DNA of 64,000 bases, taken from assembly GCA_030390025.1 (NCBI GenBank), contig CM059440.1, forward strand, positions 52,390,001 through 52,454,000, in the 5' to 3' direction. A model generated the notes under the pieces. The model did not search any database and was not told the DNA's origin. It saw only the letters and a list, made by a program, of their open reading frames with translations. The position numbers and the translations under genes were made by a program. The DNA comes from Squalus acanthias (taxonomy: Eukaryota). This document shows positions 61,924 through 64,000 of the stretch, piece after piece (positions within the stretch are counted from its first letter, which is position 1; the number at the start of each line of letters is the position of its first letter).

Positions 61924-63900
61924 ATAGAAACATAGAAGATCGGAGCAGGAGCAGGCCATTCAGCCCCTTGAGCCTGCTCCGCCATTCAATGTGATCATGG
62001 CTGATCATCCAAATTCAGTACCCTGTCCCTGCCTTCTCCCCATATCCCTTGATCCCTTTAGCTTTAAGAAATATATCTAACTCCTTCTTGAATATATTTA
62101 ATGAATTGGCCTCTACTGCCTTCTGTGGTAGAGAATTCCACAGGTTCACCACTCTCTGGGTGAAGAAATTCCTCCTCATCTCAGTCCTAAATGGCTTACC
62201 CCTTATCCTTAGACTGTGACCCCTGGTTCTGGACTCCCCGGCCATCGGGAACATCCTTCCTGCATCTAGTCTGTCTAGTCCTGTTAGAATTTTATAAGTT
62301 TCAATGAGATCCCCTCTCATTCTTCTAAACTCCAGCGAGTATAAGCCCAATCGACCCAATCTCTCCTCATACGTCATTCCTGCCATCCCAGGTATCAGCC
62401 TGGTGAATCTTTGCTGTACTCCCTCCATGGCAAGAACATCCTTCCTCAGATAAGGCGACCAAAACTGCACACAATACTCAAGGTGTGGTCTCACCAAGGC
62501 CCTGTACAACTGCAGCAAGACATCCTTGTTCCTGTACTCGAACCCTTTCGCTACAAAGGCCAACATACCATTTGCCTTCTTAGCCGCCTGCTGCACCTGC
62601 ATGCTTACCTTCAGTGACTGGTGCACAAGGACACTCAGGTCTCGTTGCACTTCCCCTTCTCCCAATCTATTGCCATTCAGATAATAATCTGCCTTCCTGT
62701 TTTTGACACCAAAGTGAATAACCTCGCATTTATTCACATTATATTGCATCTGCCATGCTTCTGCCCAATCACCCAACCTATCCAAATCATACTGGAGTTT
62801 CTCGGCATCCTCCTCACTGCACACACTCCCACCCAGCTCTGTGTCATCTGCAAACTTGGAGATATTACATCCAATACCCTCATCTAGATCATTAAAATAT
62901 ATTGGGCCGAAAATTGATCCCGGGACGCGAGAGTACGCACTGCGTACTCTCGCGTATTCCCACTCCAATTGCCGGTTTTCTGCATGCCCTGCGCATGCGC
63001 TGAAAACAGGCAATTGCTCTTCTGAAAAGGGGGCGGGTCCTGGGTGCATCGCATGCGCGCTACAGGCTGCGCGCACGCGTGCACTTCATGCTTTGGACGC
63101 GCAGGTAAGTAGGGAAGATTTTGGAAATGTAAAAAGGAGGAGTAAGACCCGCTTTTAAGAAGGTAAGTAGTGAATTAAGTATTTTTTTGAATTTTTTTTT
63201 ACAGGTATATCTTTTTTAGAGACTTTAAAGACAGGTAAGTTTATTTTTATAACTTTTTAAAAGATTTTAAATTTTTTCAAAAATTTAATTTTTTATTTAA
63301 AATGGTTAATTTAATTAACTATACTTATTTTATTAATGTGATGGTTTTTTTTTTAATTTAATTGAGGTTTAGCTGTTATTTTGGGGGGGTGTAAGATTCA
63401 TAGATTTCACATCAGGTCTGTGAAACTTATGAATGGAAGATGGTGTGCTGCCATTGGCTCTAACTGAGTCACGTGATCCCACAGCTCGCACGAATTCACT
63501 ACGCCGCTGGGATACGCATGCCCAGCACAGCTGATGTCTGGAACATCAAGTTCGTGCGAGCTGGATCTGAAAAAGCACAAGCGAGGTGAGACATCGCGGG
63601 GAAGGCTTACCCCCGCGGGAACAGAGCGAGATCAATTTCTGGGCCATTGTGAATAGCTGGGGTCCTAGGACCGATACCCCACTAGTCACTGCCTGCCACT
63701 CGGAAAAAGACCCATTTATGCCAACTCTTTGCTTTCTGTCTGCCAACCAGTTCTCTACCCAAGTCAATACCTTGCCCCCAATCTCATGTGCCTTAACTTT
63801 ACACGCTAATCTCTTATGCGGGACCTTATCGAAAGCCTTCTGAAAGTCCAAATACACGTTCTCCCATATCTATTTTACTAGTTACATCCTCAAAAATTTC
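61924..63900 (-). mobile_element. 5'-truncated CR1 inserted in the RTE after the duplication
   Basis: CR1 RT in ORFs 62015-63076 and 63546-63857; empty site gccttc|ccggatg at about 35115. Confidence 0.92.
62904..63645. mobile_element. Non-autonomous PIF/Harbinger-type element (742 bp) nested in CR1
   Basis: Imperfect TIR GGGCCGAAAATTGATC/GATCAATTTCTGGGCC and 3-bp TSD ATT; splits the CR1 RT at FTI|YIND. Confidence 0.85.
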
Positions 63901-64000
63901 CCGGATGCTTCTCCTCCACTTTGTGCGGTCTTGGGCCAGGGATTCCCAGGTGTCGGTGGGGATGTTGTACTTTTTCAAGGAGGCTTTGAGGGTGTCCTTG

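Larger units (their letters stand above)
45584..64000 (+). repeat. Segmental duplication unit B (runs off the window end)
   Basis: Starts mid-Tx1 RT matching 21057; resumes the RTE at 63901 after a CR1 insertion. Confidence 0.92.
61690..64000 (-). mobile_element. RTE LINE 3' end (duplicate), interrupted at 61924-63900
   Basis: Matches 34883-35215. Confidence 0.88.

Overview
Repeat-dense vertebrate genomic DNA, almost certainly a cartilaginous fish (shark-type CR1, DeuSINE, Tx1, RTE, Penelope-like and Harbinger repeats). The only host genes I can support are three tandem + strand copies of a 4-coding-exon B7-family (CD276/B7-H3-like) gene: signal peptide, IgV, IgC, then TM plus short tail. 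Copy 3 (50225-54238) is intact (283 aa). Copy 1 (15285-18237) has a +1 T frameshift in the IgC exon. Copy 2 (24422-27979) has 7+8 nt deletions and a premature stop in the IgV exon. All copies have an IgC domain in which both canonical Cys are replaced by Phe, and copies 1 and 3 carry a Glu inside the TM helix. Copies 2 and 3 lie in a >14 kb segmental duplication (about 21057-35200 versus 45584-64000). Other content: a minimal hammerhead-ribozyme motif in Penelope-like DNA (also as a ~90 bp TSD-flanked insert in intron 1 of copies 2 and 3), processed ferritin fragments fused to Tx1, a solo LTR, Harbinger elements with TIRs and 3-bp TSDs, a newly arisen minisatellite, and one assembly gap. Family assignments come from motif recognition by eye, not database searches.
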